From positions 1-52,458 of the IMG/VR virus record IMGVR_UViG_3300027754_000128: a stretch of DNA of 52,458 bases. One strand, written 5' to 3'. Below, piece by piece: positions 34,901 to 43,704 of the stretch (positions within the stretch are counted from its first letter, which is position 1; the number at the start of each line of letters is the position of its first letter). The position numbers and the translations under genes were made by a program. The stretch is from a virus. Its lineage: Duplodnaviria > Caudoviricetes. Below the pieces are notes generated by a model, which worked only from the letters and a program-made list of their open reading frames with translations, was not told the DNA's origin and did no database searches.

Positions 34901-37900
34901 TCGACAAAAAGGGCAAGCCTGAGTTCATGTACAAGTTGGTTCCCTATAGCTTCATCAGGGACAACGACGGCAAAGAGATTCAGCCATCGGAGAAGAAATA
35001 CGCGGGCAGGGTCAAGGCGCTCGGCGACGCTATTGCGGAAGAGGTTCGTGGCATCTATCGCCGCGCCGCTGCTGGCGACAAGAACGCCCAGAACATCCTG
35101 GCCCAAGCCGGCTGGTACAAGGCAATGCGTGCCAGGCTGCGCCAAGAGTTCGGTGGCCTGGGTGACCTGTTTGCCGACGCTCTCGGAGCCACGTCGCCCA
35201 ATACGCCCGTGCGCGGGAACTGGGAGAATGCGGTCGACAGCTTGCGCCGCGCGAGCCGTGGTGACTTTGATGCACTGATGCCGCAGTGGGTAGCCTGGTC
35301 TGAGAATATCGACCGGCTCGAGACCGACCTCCGCGCGTTCGTAAACGAGCAGCGCGCCAAGAAGCAGGCCTCGAAGAGCGAGCCCTGGATGGACAGCGAT
35401 AAGCCGCAGACCTTGAAGTCCATCAAGGAGATGCAGGAATACATCGATAAGAGGAAGGCTCTGTCTGAGGCGCGTGAACTGCCGCCCGACCTCATGCCGA
35501 CCAAGGAGAGTGGCGCACAGTACGGGTTCAACGGTCGCAACGTGGTGCGCGCCATGCTCGACCTGTGGCGCACAATCAAGGACGCTGATCCCGATATCGG
35601 ACGTAGCGGCACTGCGCCCAAGGCGCTCAATTTCTCTGGCAACCTCATTGGGTTCCGGGGCAAGGCGACGATCGATGTCTGGGCCGCGCGCCTGCTGCAG
35701 CGTCTGGCCGGCAAGCGCCGCATACCCAGCATGGCAGAGATAGCCGTCTCCGGTGAGATGCTTGCTGATGCTTCGACAACGGGCCAGTTCGGCTTCGGGC
35801 AGGACACTTTCGCGCATGCCGTTGCCGTCATCAGATCCGACAGCGAGATGAGCCAGGACTCTGCTCTCGCAAAAATCAATGACGACGACCTACAGGCTGT
35901 TGTCTGGTTCATCGAGAAAGAGGTCTGGACGGTCAACAACTGGACAAGCGTCTCAGGGGAGGGAGGCTCGTTCGAGTTGGAAGCCAACCTCACCGGCACG
36001 GCCAAGCAGGCCCGTGTTCGCGAGCTGCGTAAGATCATCGACAGCTCCCCGTCCGCGGCCGATGTGAAGGCGGTGGCCGGCGCCGACGCAGTCTCGGCAA
36101 AGGTCGAGGCGTGGGATGCTGAACACAAAGCGGAACTCGATGAACTGGGAGAGATCAACCAGCGCCTCGCGTCGGATACCCTGTCGAAGAAGGAAGCATC
36201 CGGTCTAAAGAAGCGCGCGGCAGAACTGCAGAAGGCCACTAAGCTGCCGAAAGAAATCGCGCAGGAGATGCGCGACGTTGCCAACGGCCAGCGACGGATT
36301 GACGAGCGCGCTGCCCAGAAGGTGTTGGCGCGGGCGGAACTGGCAACCCTTGAGCGTCCCGTCGATCGCTACGTCGGCGGTCTGTCCACGCAGATGTCGA
36401 TCGACAACCAGGGGGTGGACTACGTCCCGACCGACGCCGACATGGCCCGCTTGGGTGATGCCATCCGGCTGGCGATCTACGAGAACGATGCCACTGCAAA
36501 CGTGCTGGCCTCCAAGGCCCTGCCGACCGAGGGCCGCTACGGCAGCGTGGAGCGTTCGCTCGACCTCGAGATTGTGGCTCGCGAGGGCTACGATCCCAGC
36601 ACGGTCTGGGCCGAGATGCTGCGCCAGGCGCAGGAAGCGCGGCAGGACTCGACCTTCCTCTCCCGCGTTCTGCGGGATGGCGAGGAGATCGATTACACCA
36701 AGCACCGGCCCGGCATTGAAATATACTTCCGCGATGCCGCCGCCGCCCAGCAGCTTGAGAAGATGTTGGCCGACCTGGCGAAGGAGGGGGTGTCCTTCCT
36801 GACGGTCTCTGTCGACGGGCGCCGGATGCCCGGTTATGTGGCCGGTGCCATGCCGGCAGCGGTCGGCGTGCGCCTGCAGTACGTCCCAGAGTTCGAGCAA
36901 AGGTACGGAATAGACGACCTTTCGGGCTTGGATGACGCGGCCATTGCGGATAAGATGAAGGCCAAAGGCGACGAACTGGACGACGTTGCGATGCGCGTCG
37001 CCACCAATGTTTCAGGCGTCTCGTTTGCTGGCGTTTTCTGGCATGAGACACAGGTGGCATTCAGCCATCAGTATCAGGAGAAGATCGATGGTCTCGCAAC
37101 TGGAAGAACTGAAGCGGAAGCTGGCGCGACTGGACCCGGAGGGTGGGTCGGACAATCCGTTCGTGCAGGGCTTGCGGATGCAGATCGCCAGTCGCGAGAA
37201 GCCGCGAGCGGAGAACCCGGTGGGCAACGAGAGCCGGTGGTCGGCGGGGATGAGGGCAGCACCGGACGCGCCGGAAAAGGCGTAACTCTCAACCAGTCCG
37301 TCTACCACGGCGGCCCGCGCATCTTCGACCGCTTCAGCCTCGACTATATTGGAACGGGAGAGGGCGCGCAGGCTTTCGGTTGGGGATTATACTTCGCGTC
37401 GAAGAAGGCTCTCGCGGCGCACTATCGCGACAAGCTATCTCCCGCTGGCCCCGGTGCCGTCGAGTATCAGGGCAAGATGGTCCTCACCTCGGACGGCAAG
37501 CCTCTTCGCGCGCGGCCCGAGTGGCTGAAGGATTGGGGCAACGATCTGCAGGCGCTGATCGAGGTTGCAGTCGACGGCAACATGACATTGCCGGAGGCCA
37601 TTGCCGAGGTCCGCGCCGCCGCTAAGCAGGTCGGGTTTATCCGTCGCTTTCTGGGCTACGGCTTTAACGAGCGGTTCCTGCAGGCGATCCTCGACAAGGG
37701 CTACACCATTGGCGACTCGCAGAAGGGCCGCCTCTACACCGTCGAGATCCCCGACGATGGCGCGTACCTGCTGTGGGACAAGCCGCTCAGTGAGCAGAGC
37801 AAGGTTCTTCGCGACGCACTGCCCGCACTGATCCAGAAATACGGCGGTGACCTCTCCAAGATCATTGGCGCCAACGGCCAACTGCGCGACAGCGTGACGG

Positions 37901-40900
37901 GCGAGTCCGTCTACCGCGCACTGTCGGCGGCTATGGCGAACAAGCCAATCGATGAAAGCGGCATGGCGGGCTGGACGCGGGTCCAGAATACCGTCAACGA
38001 CCGAATGGCGAACGACAAAGCCGCCTCCCTCGCCCTGCTTGCCGCAGGCATCCCCGGCATCAAGTACCTCGACGGCTCGTCGCGGCGGAAGGGCGATGGC
38101 GATCACAACTATGTGCTGTTCGATGACAGCCTCGCCAAGATCACGCAGTACGAGCAAGACAAACGCGGCTCGATCACGTTCGGCGATACGTCCGCCACGG
38201 TCGACCTCTACCAGGCCCGCAACCCGTCCACGCTGCTGCATGAGATGTGGCACAAGTGGTTCGGCGAGTTCGAGTTCGATGTCGCCCACCTCGGCGCCAG
38301 CGAGCAGATGCGGGCGGACTTCAAGGTGCTGCTCGACTTCGTCGGCTCGACGGACGGTCGCATTGGACTGAGCGCCTACGAGGGCGGGCGGGTGAATACA
38401 CTGCGCGCCAAGATCGACGCCACGGGCGAGAAGAGCCTCGACGGCGCGGAAGCCGAGGAGTGGGCCGCGCTGAAGGTCCGCATCGAGCAGAACGAGAAGC
38501 TGGCCCGTGCCGGCGAGGTCTACCTCATGGAGGGCAAGGCCCCGTCCGACGCCCTCCGCAAGGTGTTCCGCGCCTTCAAGTCGTGGCTGCTGGGCGTCTA
38601 CCGCAATATGCGGAATCTGCAGGCGCCGATCTCTCCCGAGGTCCGCGCGGTGTTGGACCGCATGCTGGCGACCGACGAGGAGATAGCCTCGCTGAACGAT
38701 CGGCAGGGGCTGAACCCCGTGCTGGAGTACGCCAAGGAACTGATGAGCAAAACTGAGTTCGCCGCCTACACGAAGAAGACCGCGGACGTACTCGAGGACC
38801 AGCAGGACGCACTGTTCGCCAAGGTATCGGGCGACCTCCGCAAGCAGGCCAAGGGCGAATACGTCAAGGAACGCGCCAAGATCCGGGGCGAGGTCACCGA
38901 CGAGATGATGGCGGAACCCGGCCAGCAGGCGCTGCACTTCCTAAAGAAGGGCGTCATGTCTGCCGGCGAGACGCCTGAGATACTGAAGGGCCGCAAGTTG
39001 TCCCGCGCCGGCCTGATAGAACTGATCGGGCAGGAGGGGCTGAACACGCTCCCGGCGGGCATCTATGCGGAAGAGGGGCTTTCCCCCGACGAGATGGCGC
39101 CGCTGTTCGGGCTGGGCAACGGCATGGAGTTGGCCGAGCGCCTGATGCAGATCGCCGCCGAGGACAAGGCGTGGAAGGACAAGGGCGGGCGCGGCACCGC
39201 CGTCCAGTCGCGGATCGCAGAGGAGACCCAGAGGCGGCTCACAGAGGCCCTGGGAGACCCGCTGAACGACGGCAGCATCGAAGCCGAGGCTTGGGCCATC
39301 GTCCACTCGGACAAGCGCCTGGACCTCATGGCAGTCGATCTGCGGATGCTTGCGCGCAAGGCCGGGCAGACCGGCGCGGTGAGCATCGTGGACATCCAGA
39401 ACTGGGCGGCCGAGCAGATCGGCGGCATGTCGTCGTATCAGGCGACACAGGTCGCGCGCTACCAGCGCGCCGAGCGGATGGCGGGCCAGCAGGTCCAGAA
39501 GGCCCTCGTGAAGGGCGACTGGGTGGCTGCGTTCAAGGCCAAGCAGGACCAGGTCTACAACTTCGCGCTCTACAAGGAGGCGATGAAGGCGTCCGACGAT
39601 GCTGGCAAGATCACGGCCTACCTCGACAAGCTGGCCGGCGCCCGCAACATCAAGGCCCTCGACCAGAACTATCTCGACTCCATCCACGGTCTCCTCGAGG
39701 AGTACGACTTCAAGAAGCGCAGCGGCACTCTGCTGACCGATCGCACCCGCTTCAACGCCTTGGTCGCGGAGCAGGCGTTGATGGGCGTCGAGGTGCAAGA
39801 GCCGCCTTACCTGAAGGGGGCCGAGCGCAAGCACTTCTCGCAGATGACGATGGATGAATTGCGCGCCGTCTACGAGGCAATCAAGCAGCTCGATCGCCTT
39901 GGCCGAGACATCAAGAAGGTGATGCTCGACGGCAAGAAGGTCGCGCGCGATGCTGTGCTGACCGAGATGGAGGCGACTGCTGCTGCCGGCGTGCAGCGCG
40001 GCTCCAGTCTCAGCAATCTCGGCAAGACCGAGATCCAGAAGAGCGTCGGCAAGGCCAAGCATATCTTGCGTCTGGGCAACGCCAGCCTGCTCAAGATCGA
40101 GCGGCTGCTGGAGTTCGCGGACGGCGATGTGACCGGCAACGGTATCTTTTCGCGCGCGATCTACCGGCCCATCGCCAACGCTGCCCACGCCACCAACGAT
40201 GAGCGCGTCGATAACAGCAAGCAGTACAAGGTGATCTACGAGAAGGTGCCGCTCGAGCAGCGCAATGCCTGGTCGACAATCCACACGCTTCCCGAGCTTG
40301 GCGGCAGGAAGCTCTCAAAAGAGAACATCATCTCGATAGCTCTCAACATGGGCAACGAATCGAACCTCGAGAAGCTGATCAAGGGCTATGGCTGGAGCTA
40401 CGAGGGTGTTCGCGCGGTCGTGAACAAGTACCTCACGAAGGAAGAGTGGAGGTTCGTTCAGGACAAGTGGGACTTGATGCAGTCTCGCTGGCCTGCCTAC
40501 GCCGCGATGATCCGCGACATCGAGGGCGTCGAACCTCCCAAGATCGAGGCCGTCCCTCTCGAGACACCGTTCGGAACGCTGCCCGGCGGCTACATGCCGG
40601 TCCAGTATGACCGCAACGAGAGCCTGGAAGCACAAAAGATCGGCGAGGCGCAGGACAGTGCGTTGCTGCAGGGCATGGCAATATCGCCCCGCGCCAATGT
40701 ACCGTCCACGAAATCTGGATCGTCCATCGAGCGCACCGGCTTCACTGGTCCCATCCTGCTGGAACTGAGTGTCATCGGTAAGCATCTGGACGAGGTCGCC
40801 CACGACACCCACCACCGTCGTGCCGTGGCGGACGTTTTCAAGATCATCTCAAACGACCGCTTCCGCAAGGCCATCCAGTCGCGGCTCGGCGTCGAGTACG

Positions 40901-42045
40901 AGGCAACCTTCATGCCGTGGTTGATCCGCGTGGCTAACGAGGCGCGCGTAGCCAACGTCGAGCTGGCCGGGCCTGACTACATGATGCGGGCGCTGCGGGT
41001 GAACGTGACGCAGATGGCGATGGGCCTGCGCGTCTCGACCATGGTGCAGCAGGTCGCGGGCTTTGCCGCATCGGCTGCGAATCTGGGCGCCAAGGATCTG
41101 GGCTCCGGCTTCTGGGAATACATCCAGAACCCCAAGGCCGCCGCTCGCGAGGTCTACGCGAAGTCGGGCGAGATGCGCCACCGCGCCAACAACCTCGAGC
41201 GCGACATCAAGGCCAACCTCGACAAGTTCCGCGGGAGTACCAAGAGGATCTCCCGCGCGCGGGACGACATCGGACGGTTTGCCTTCCGCGGCATCGCGCT
41301 GATGGACCTCGCGGTGTCGATCCCGACGTGGCTGGGCGCCTACAAGCAGGGCCTGACCAAGGGCATGCTCGAGGCTGATGCCATTGCCTACGCCGACAAG
41401 ATGGTGCGCGACACGCAGGGTGCCGGCGGCGTCAAGGATCTGTCGGCCTTCCAGGGTGGCGGCGGCGAGGGCTGGAAGCTCCTCGGCATGTTCTATTCGT
41501 TCCTCAACGTCTACTACAACGCGCAGGCCCGCATGCTCGAGGCCGCGCGCAAGCCCGGCAAGACCTTCTCCGAGCATGTCGACCTCTGGTGGATGGCGAC
41601 CATGTGGATGGCCGTGTCGCCGCTGTTGGCCGCCGCCGTGTCGGGGCAGGGACCGGACGACGACGAAGACCCGCTCTACTGGGCCATGCGGACGGTGGGC
41701 TTCGGCGCCTTTGCCGGCATCCCGGTCGTGCGCGATGCAATGAGTACGATGTCCCGCGAGATGGGCGGCAAGCCAACGGCCGGCTTCCAGATGTCTCCCG
41801 TGACCGGGCCGATCTCCGGGTCCACGCGCCTGGTGAAGGATTTGATCAACCTCGCGAGCGGCGAGGATGTCAGCAAGAACTTCACCAAGAACACCTTCAA
41901 CGTGATTGGCGGCTTCACCGGCCTGCCAACAGGGCAGATCGGCGTGACCTCGCAGTTCCTGTGGGACACGCTCTACTCCGGGGCAGAAAACCCCGAGAAC
42001 ATTCTGGAATGGCTCCGCGGCCTCACGTTCGGGCCCAAGAAGTAG
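31975..42045 (+). CDS. Giant polyvalent ejection protein (3356 aa; gp16/DarB-like position)
   Basis: Glycosylase-like (WY, ATSP, TIDVW, LQAVVW), SAM-lyase-like (GRY..VERS, QDS), ART (YHG, GTGEG.QAFGWGLYF, NYVLFD) and HEMWH peptidase motifs. Confidence 0.88.
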   Translation: MSGPDELQPAAPVDDGLAQLTADRNAADVPPPPTPPASAPGPAVTNEYDALLAEAPAKPVNEYDAVVEDLSRERKQTVRGNLIGAQATTPEAAAKSLDLSRKTGLPADMVERNLPKVEADHRLNEYDAILNASPKTQTWIAGDPTNAKVAGDEVKRLAEIEAILKPRNMYDRNRPSKASRSIDSESADWEATAFGRAGGIVYDNKAPAAAPLYQSQWMSGVENMAQGFNKMSNLNIARDIRTFDAIDQGKPVNTADDPYGYKDMSSDQRAQTRTLAEVQIVKNVAALKRSTAFVADLPRNQNVQPFFDALDDVQAKDMLSVLTDALGKMSAGMNGAPQAGTAGPSPLAAAGKIFASDSLGIMQQLAVETTPNMLPIIAGSIVGGPVGTFLASQAVDFPSRTDDWIKQELAKENKTGVEFINVNDPEAVQAYLRANPAFAEKAQRMGYAGSFGPSAVDAVSFGATRPFKRGAGFAANTGRVAGNIAMDTGLEMVGEAAGQIISGQDEIKLSEIVAEGLGAFPHGASNTVVATAREASRASTEAKTEAAVKEIKATITAANEFLTDLRTHVAETETLTLDDLVDKVQGSTLHKLSPEKMKDFLESLSPDEQKADVFISSDAVSTLFQDMSVLERDTLAENLGITEQLNSLGLNANTDIVIPLPVYLTAIGDAHKAWRDDVRMDFMGFSNREAIAEGKAKAEETAAAVARFEEQVAAGVQDSPQEIVYQQVLGMLKANGFTNEQASQQAAYAASRYHARAVRSPQMFTDALDAFTQYPFTIRSHLGDGIRVIGPDQLDIMLDSIRSGKDPVITPAFAHIEARKAAAEAELSTVLGEAPVVKTPKQIADERKAAALGVFQARRQELADWLESRGLDLKTATNAQIRAEIEKVQKGTSYNQDDVLVVKQPLSDSLIMVAQRGDRATGNRLLLSTEEKAAIAASVGPSGLSVAEITATVRKHKLAHPPAQNWEPLVFIKARLDKKGKPEFMYKLVPYSFIRDNDGKEIQPSEKKYAGRVKALGDAIAEEVRGIYRRAAAGDKNAQNILAQAGWYKAMRARLRQEFGGLGDLFADALGATSPNTPVRGNWENAVDSLRRASRGDFDALMPQWVAWSENIDRLETDLRAFVNEQRAKKQASKSEPWMDSDKPQTLKSIKEMQEYIDKRKALSEARELPPDLMPTKESGAQYGFNGRNVVRAMLDLWRTIKDADPDIGRSGTAPKALNFSGNLIGFRGKATIDVWAARLLQRLAGKRRIPSMAEIAVSGEMLADASTTGQFGFGQDTFAHAVAVIRSDSEMSQDSALAKINDDDLQAVVWFIEKEVWTVNNWTSVSGEGGSFELEANLTGTAKQARVRELRKIIDSSPSAADVKAVAGADAVSAKVEAWDAEHKAELDELGEINQRLASDTLSKKEASGLKKRAAELQKATKLPKEIAQEMRDVANGQRRIDERAAQKVLARAELATLERPVDRYVGGLSTQMSIDNQGVDYVPTDADMARLGDAIRLAIYENDATANVLASKALPTEGRYGSVERSLDLEIVAREGYDPSTVWAEMLRQAQEARQDSTFLSRVLRDGEEIDYTKHRPGIEIYFRDAAAAQQLEKMLADLAKEGVSFLTVSVDGRRMPGYVAGAMPAAVGVRLQYVPEFEQRYGIDDLSGLDDAAIADKMKAKGDELDDVAMRVATNVSGVSFAGVFWHETQVAFSHQYQEKIDGLATGRTEAEAGATGPGGWVGQSVRAGLADADRQSREAASGEPGGQREPVVGGDEGSTGRAGKGVTLNQSVYHGGPRIFDRFSLDYIGTGEGAQAFGWGLYFASKKALAAHYRDKLSPAGPGAVEYQGKMVLTSDGKPLRARPEWLKDWGNDLQALIEVAVDGNMTLPEAIAEVRAAAKQVGFIRRFLGYGFNERFLQAILDKGYTIGDSQKGRLYTVEIPDDGAYLLWDKPLSEQSKVLRDALPALIQKYGGDLSKIIGANGQLRDSVTGESVYRALSAAMANKPIDESGMAGWTRVQNTVNDRMANDKAASLALLAAGIPGIKYLDGSSRRKGDGDHNYVLFDDSLAKITQYEQDKRGSITFGDTSATVDLYQARNPSTLLHEMWHKWFGEFEFDVAHLGASEQMRADFKVLLDFVGSTDGRIGLSAYEGGRVNTLRAKIDATGEKSLDGAEAEEWAALKVRIEQNEKLARAGEVYLMEGKAPSDALRKVFRAFKSWLLGVYRNMRNLQAPISPEVRAVLDRMLATDEEIASLNDRQGLNPVLEYAKELMSKTEFAAYTKKTADVLEDQQDALFAKVSGDLRKQAKGEYVKERAKIRGEVTDEMMAEPGQQALHFLKKGVMSAGETPEILKGRKLSRAGLIELIGQEGLNTLPAGIYAEEGLSPDEMAPLFGLGNGMELAERLMQIAAEDKAWKDKGGRGTAVQSRIAEETQRRLTEALGDPLNDGSIEAEAWAIVHSDKRLDLMAVDLRMLARKAGQTGAVSIVDIQNWAAEQIGGMSSYQATQVARYQRAERMAGQQVQKALVKGDWVAAFKAKQDQVYNFALYKEAMKASDDAGKITAYLDKLAGARNIKALDQNYLDSIHGLLEEYDFKKRSGTLLTDRTRFNALVAEQALMGVEVQEPPYLKGAERKHFSQMTMDELRAVYEAIKQLDRLGRDIKKVMLDGKKVARDAVLTEMEATAAAGVQRGSSLSNLGKTEIQKSVGKAKHILRLGNASLLKIERLLEFADGDVTGNGIFSRAIYRPIANAAHATNDERVDNSKQYKVIYEKVPLEQRNAWSTIHTLPELGGRKLSKENIISIALNMGNESNLEKLIKGYGWSYEGVRAVVNKYLTKEEWRFVQDKWDLMQSRWPAYAAMIRDIEGVEPPKIEAVPLETPFGTLPGGYMPVQYDRNESLEAQKIGEAQDSALLQGMAISPRANVPSTKSGSSIERTGFTGPILLELSVIGKHLDEVAHDTHHRRAVADVFKIISNDRFRKAIQSRLGVEYEATFMPWLIRVANEARVANVELAGPDYMMRALRVNVTQMAMGLRVSTMVQQVAGFAASAANLGAKDLGSGFWEYIQNPKAAAREVYAKSGEMRHRANNLERDIKANLDKFRGSTKRISRARDDIGRFAFRGIALMDLAVSIPTWLGAYKQGLTKGMLEADAIAYADKMVRDTQGAGGVKDLSAFQGGGGEGWKLLGMFYSFLNVYYNAQARMLEAARKPGKTFSEHVDLWWMATMWMAVSPLLAAAVSGQGPDDDEDPLYWAMRTVGFGAFAGIPVVRDAMSTMSREMGGKPTAGFQMSPVTGPISGSTRLVKDLINLASGEDVSKNFTKNTFNVIGGFTGLPTGQIGVTSQFLWDTLYSGAENPENILEWLRGLTFGPKK
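37088..37285 (+). CDS. Nested +1-frame ORF (65 aa) inside the giant gene
   Basis: AGGAG at 37076-37080, 7 nt before ATG; helical MVSQLEELKRKLARLDPEGGSDNPFVQGLRMQIA; the host frame is a low-complexity linker here. Confidence 0.55.
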   Translation: MVSQLEELKRKLARLDPEGGSDNPFVQGLRMQIASREKPRAENPVGNESRWSAGMRAAPDAPEKA

Positions 42046-42084
42046 ACGCCACGTCGCCGTCGATCGGTGATCGGCGGCTATAAT
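42041..42084 (+). promoter_or_regulatory. Putative late promoter 3 (upstream of tail fibre)
   Basis: AGTAGACGCCAC-N26-TATAAT. Confidence 0.78.
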
Positions 42085-42105
42085 CGCTTTCTGTAGGAGT
42101 ACGCA

Positions 42106-43344
42106 ATGACATTAGACCGGCGCCTGGGCGTCTCTGGCGGCACCGCCTTGAAGGCACCGTGCCTAGTGGCGACGACGGCCAACATCACGCTGTCCGGTCT
42201 GCAGACGATCGACGGCGTGACCGTCGTTGCCGATGATCGTGTGCTGGTGAAGAACCAGACGACCGGCAGCGAGAACGGCATTTATCTGGCGAACACCTCG
42301 ACGTGGACGCGGGCGGTCGACTTCAACGGCACGCGCGACGCGGTACAAGGAACGCTGGTCCTGGTGATCTCAGGAACAGTCGGCGGAAATGCCCTGTTCC
42401 AACTGACGACGGCGACGCCGGTCATCGGCACCTCTAGCCTAACCTTCACGCCGTCGAGCGCGGGCGCGCTGTCGCTCGCTTCGACCTTCATGCTGACGGT
42501 GCTGGATGACACTACGGCGGCAGCGGCGCGGACCACGCTCGATGTGCCGAGCAATGCCGAGGCCATTCTGGATACAATCGTTGATGCCGCGGGCGATCTG
42601 ATCGTCGGCACGGCGGCCGATACTGTAGCCCGCCTTGCCAAGGGGACTGCCCTGCAGGTCTTGCGCGTCAATTCCGGCGCAACCGCGCTCGAATGGGCGG
42701 CGGCGCCGAACGCCACCGCGCCAACCTATCAGGTTCTCACCAGCGGGACGGCGGCTACATACACAACGCCAGCCGGCGTTCGCTATATCAGGGTCGTGTT
42801 CGTAGGCGGCGGCGGCGGTGGTGGCGGCGCTGGCGGCTCTACCGCACCGACTGGCGCAACGGGCGGCACGACATCGTTCAACTCGATCACGGCCATCGGC
42901 GGCTCTGGCGGTGTCGGATCAATCGGGACTACGGGTGCTGGTGGCATCGGCGGCACGGGTGGCGCTGGAACGGCTACTTGGCGCCTGCCGGGCGGCCCCG
43001 GCTCAACTGGTTCGGGAACGTTCGGCTACGTTCAGGGTGGCAATGGCGGCGTAGGCCCGTTTGGTGGGGCGTCTGGCACGGGCGTCAACGGGGGCGTCGG
43101 CGTTGCTGGACAGGCGAACACGGGAGCCGGTGGCTCGGGCACCGGCACCGCAGCCGCGACCAATGCTTCCGGTGGCGGCGGCGCTGGCGAGTACGTTGAA
43201 TTGATCATCGGCAGTCCTGCGGCGACCTACACCTACACGGTGGGGGCTGGTGGCGCGGGCGGCATTGGGACAGGGGCGTCGCCGCTGACCGGAGGCGCGG
43301 GTGGCAGCGGCATCATCGTTGTCGAAGAACACTACAACTTCTAG
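42106..43344 (+). CDS. Tail fibre-like protein with C-terminal glycine-rich domain
   Basis: ATTANITLSGLQTIDGV...RVLVKNQT...NGIY N-domain; GGGGGGG.../GGAGGSGIIVVEE domain. Confidence 0.8.
   Translation: MTLDRRLGVSGGTALKAPCLVATTANITLSGLQTIDGVTVVADDRVLVKNQTTGSENGIYLANTSTWTRAVDFNGTRDAVQGTLVLVISGTVGGNALFQLTTATPVIGTSSLTFTPSSAGALSLASTFMLTVLDDTTAAAARTTLDVPSNAEAILDTIVDAAGDLIVGTAADTVARLAKGTALQVLRVNSGATALEWAAAPNATAPTYQVLTSGTAATYTTPAGVRYIRVVFVGGGGGGGGAGGSTAPTGATGGTTSFNSITAIGGSGGVGSIGTTGAGGIGGTGGAGTATWRLPGGPGSTGSGTFGYVQGGNGGVGPFGGASGTGVNGGVGVAGQANTGAGGSGTGTAAATNASGGGGAGEYVELIIGSPAATYTYTVGAGGAGGIGTGASPLTGGAGGSGIIVVEEHYNF
42739..43329 (+). repeat. Gly-rich domain repeat, copy 1 (copy 2 at 44389-44979)
   Basis: Colinear at offset 1650, mostly synonymous differences. 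Confidence 0.92.
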
Positions 43345-43353
43345 GAACCGAAC

Positions 43354-43665
43354 ATGATTAAAGTGATTGTTCGTAACAATGTGGTCGAAAACATCGGTGT
43401 CCCGAGCCCGAACGACGGGCCGCCTCCTGATGGGACTACCGTGCATGATTTCGACGGCCCTTGCTCCGTTAGGTGGTTGTGGAACGACGGAAGTCCTGTT
43501 GATCCGAATCCCCCGCCGTCGTCGCCGCCTTTCCCCGATCAATCCAACACGGACAATCATCAGCGTGCGATCAAGGCCGCCATGCTGGTCATGGCACAGT
43601 GGAACGGAAAGACGCCTGCACAAGCAAAGGCAGCGTTCAAGGCGGCCTACGACAGCCTGCCCTGA
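43354..43665 (+). CDS. Tail fibre chaperone-like protein
   Basis: VENI...WLWNDG...PPP pattern after a Gly-rich fibre. Confidence 0.55.
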   Translation: MIKVIVRNNVVENIGVPSPNDGPPPDGTTVHDFDGPCSVRWLWNDGSPVDPNPPPSSPPFPDQSNTDNHQRAIKAAMLVMAQWNGKTPAQAKAAFKAAYDSLP

Positions 43666-43704
43666 AGTAGCGACCAGTAGGCCGTTCGACCGGGTGCGTC
43701 ATCC

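Noticed and set aside
23340-41577. Long antisense and alternative-frame ORFs (e.g. 23340-25346, 33322-34662, 37435-38937, 38941-40284)
   Set aside because: Typical shadows of high-GC coding sequence; no recognisable motifs
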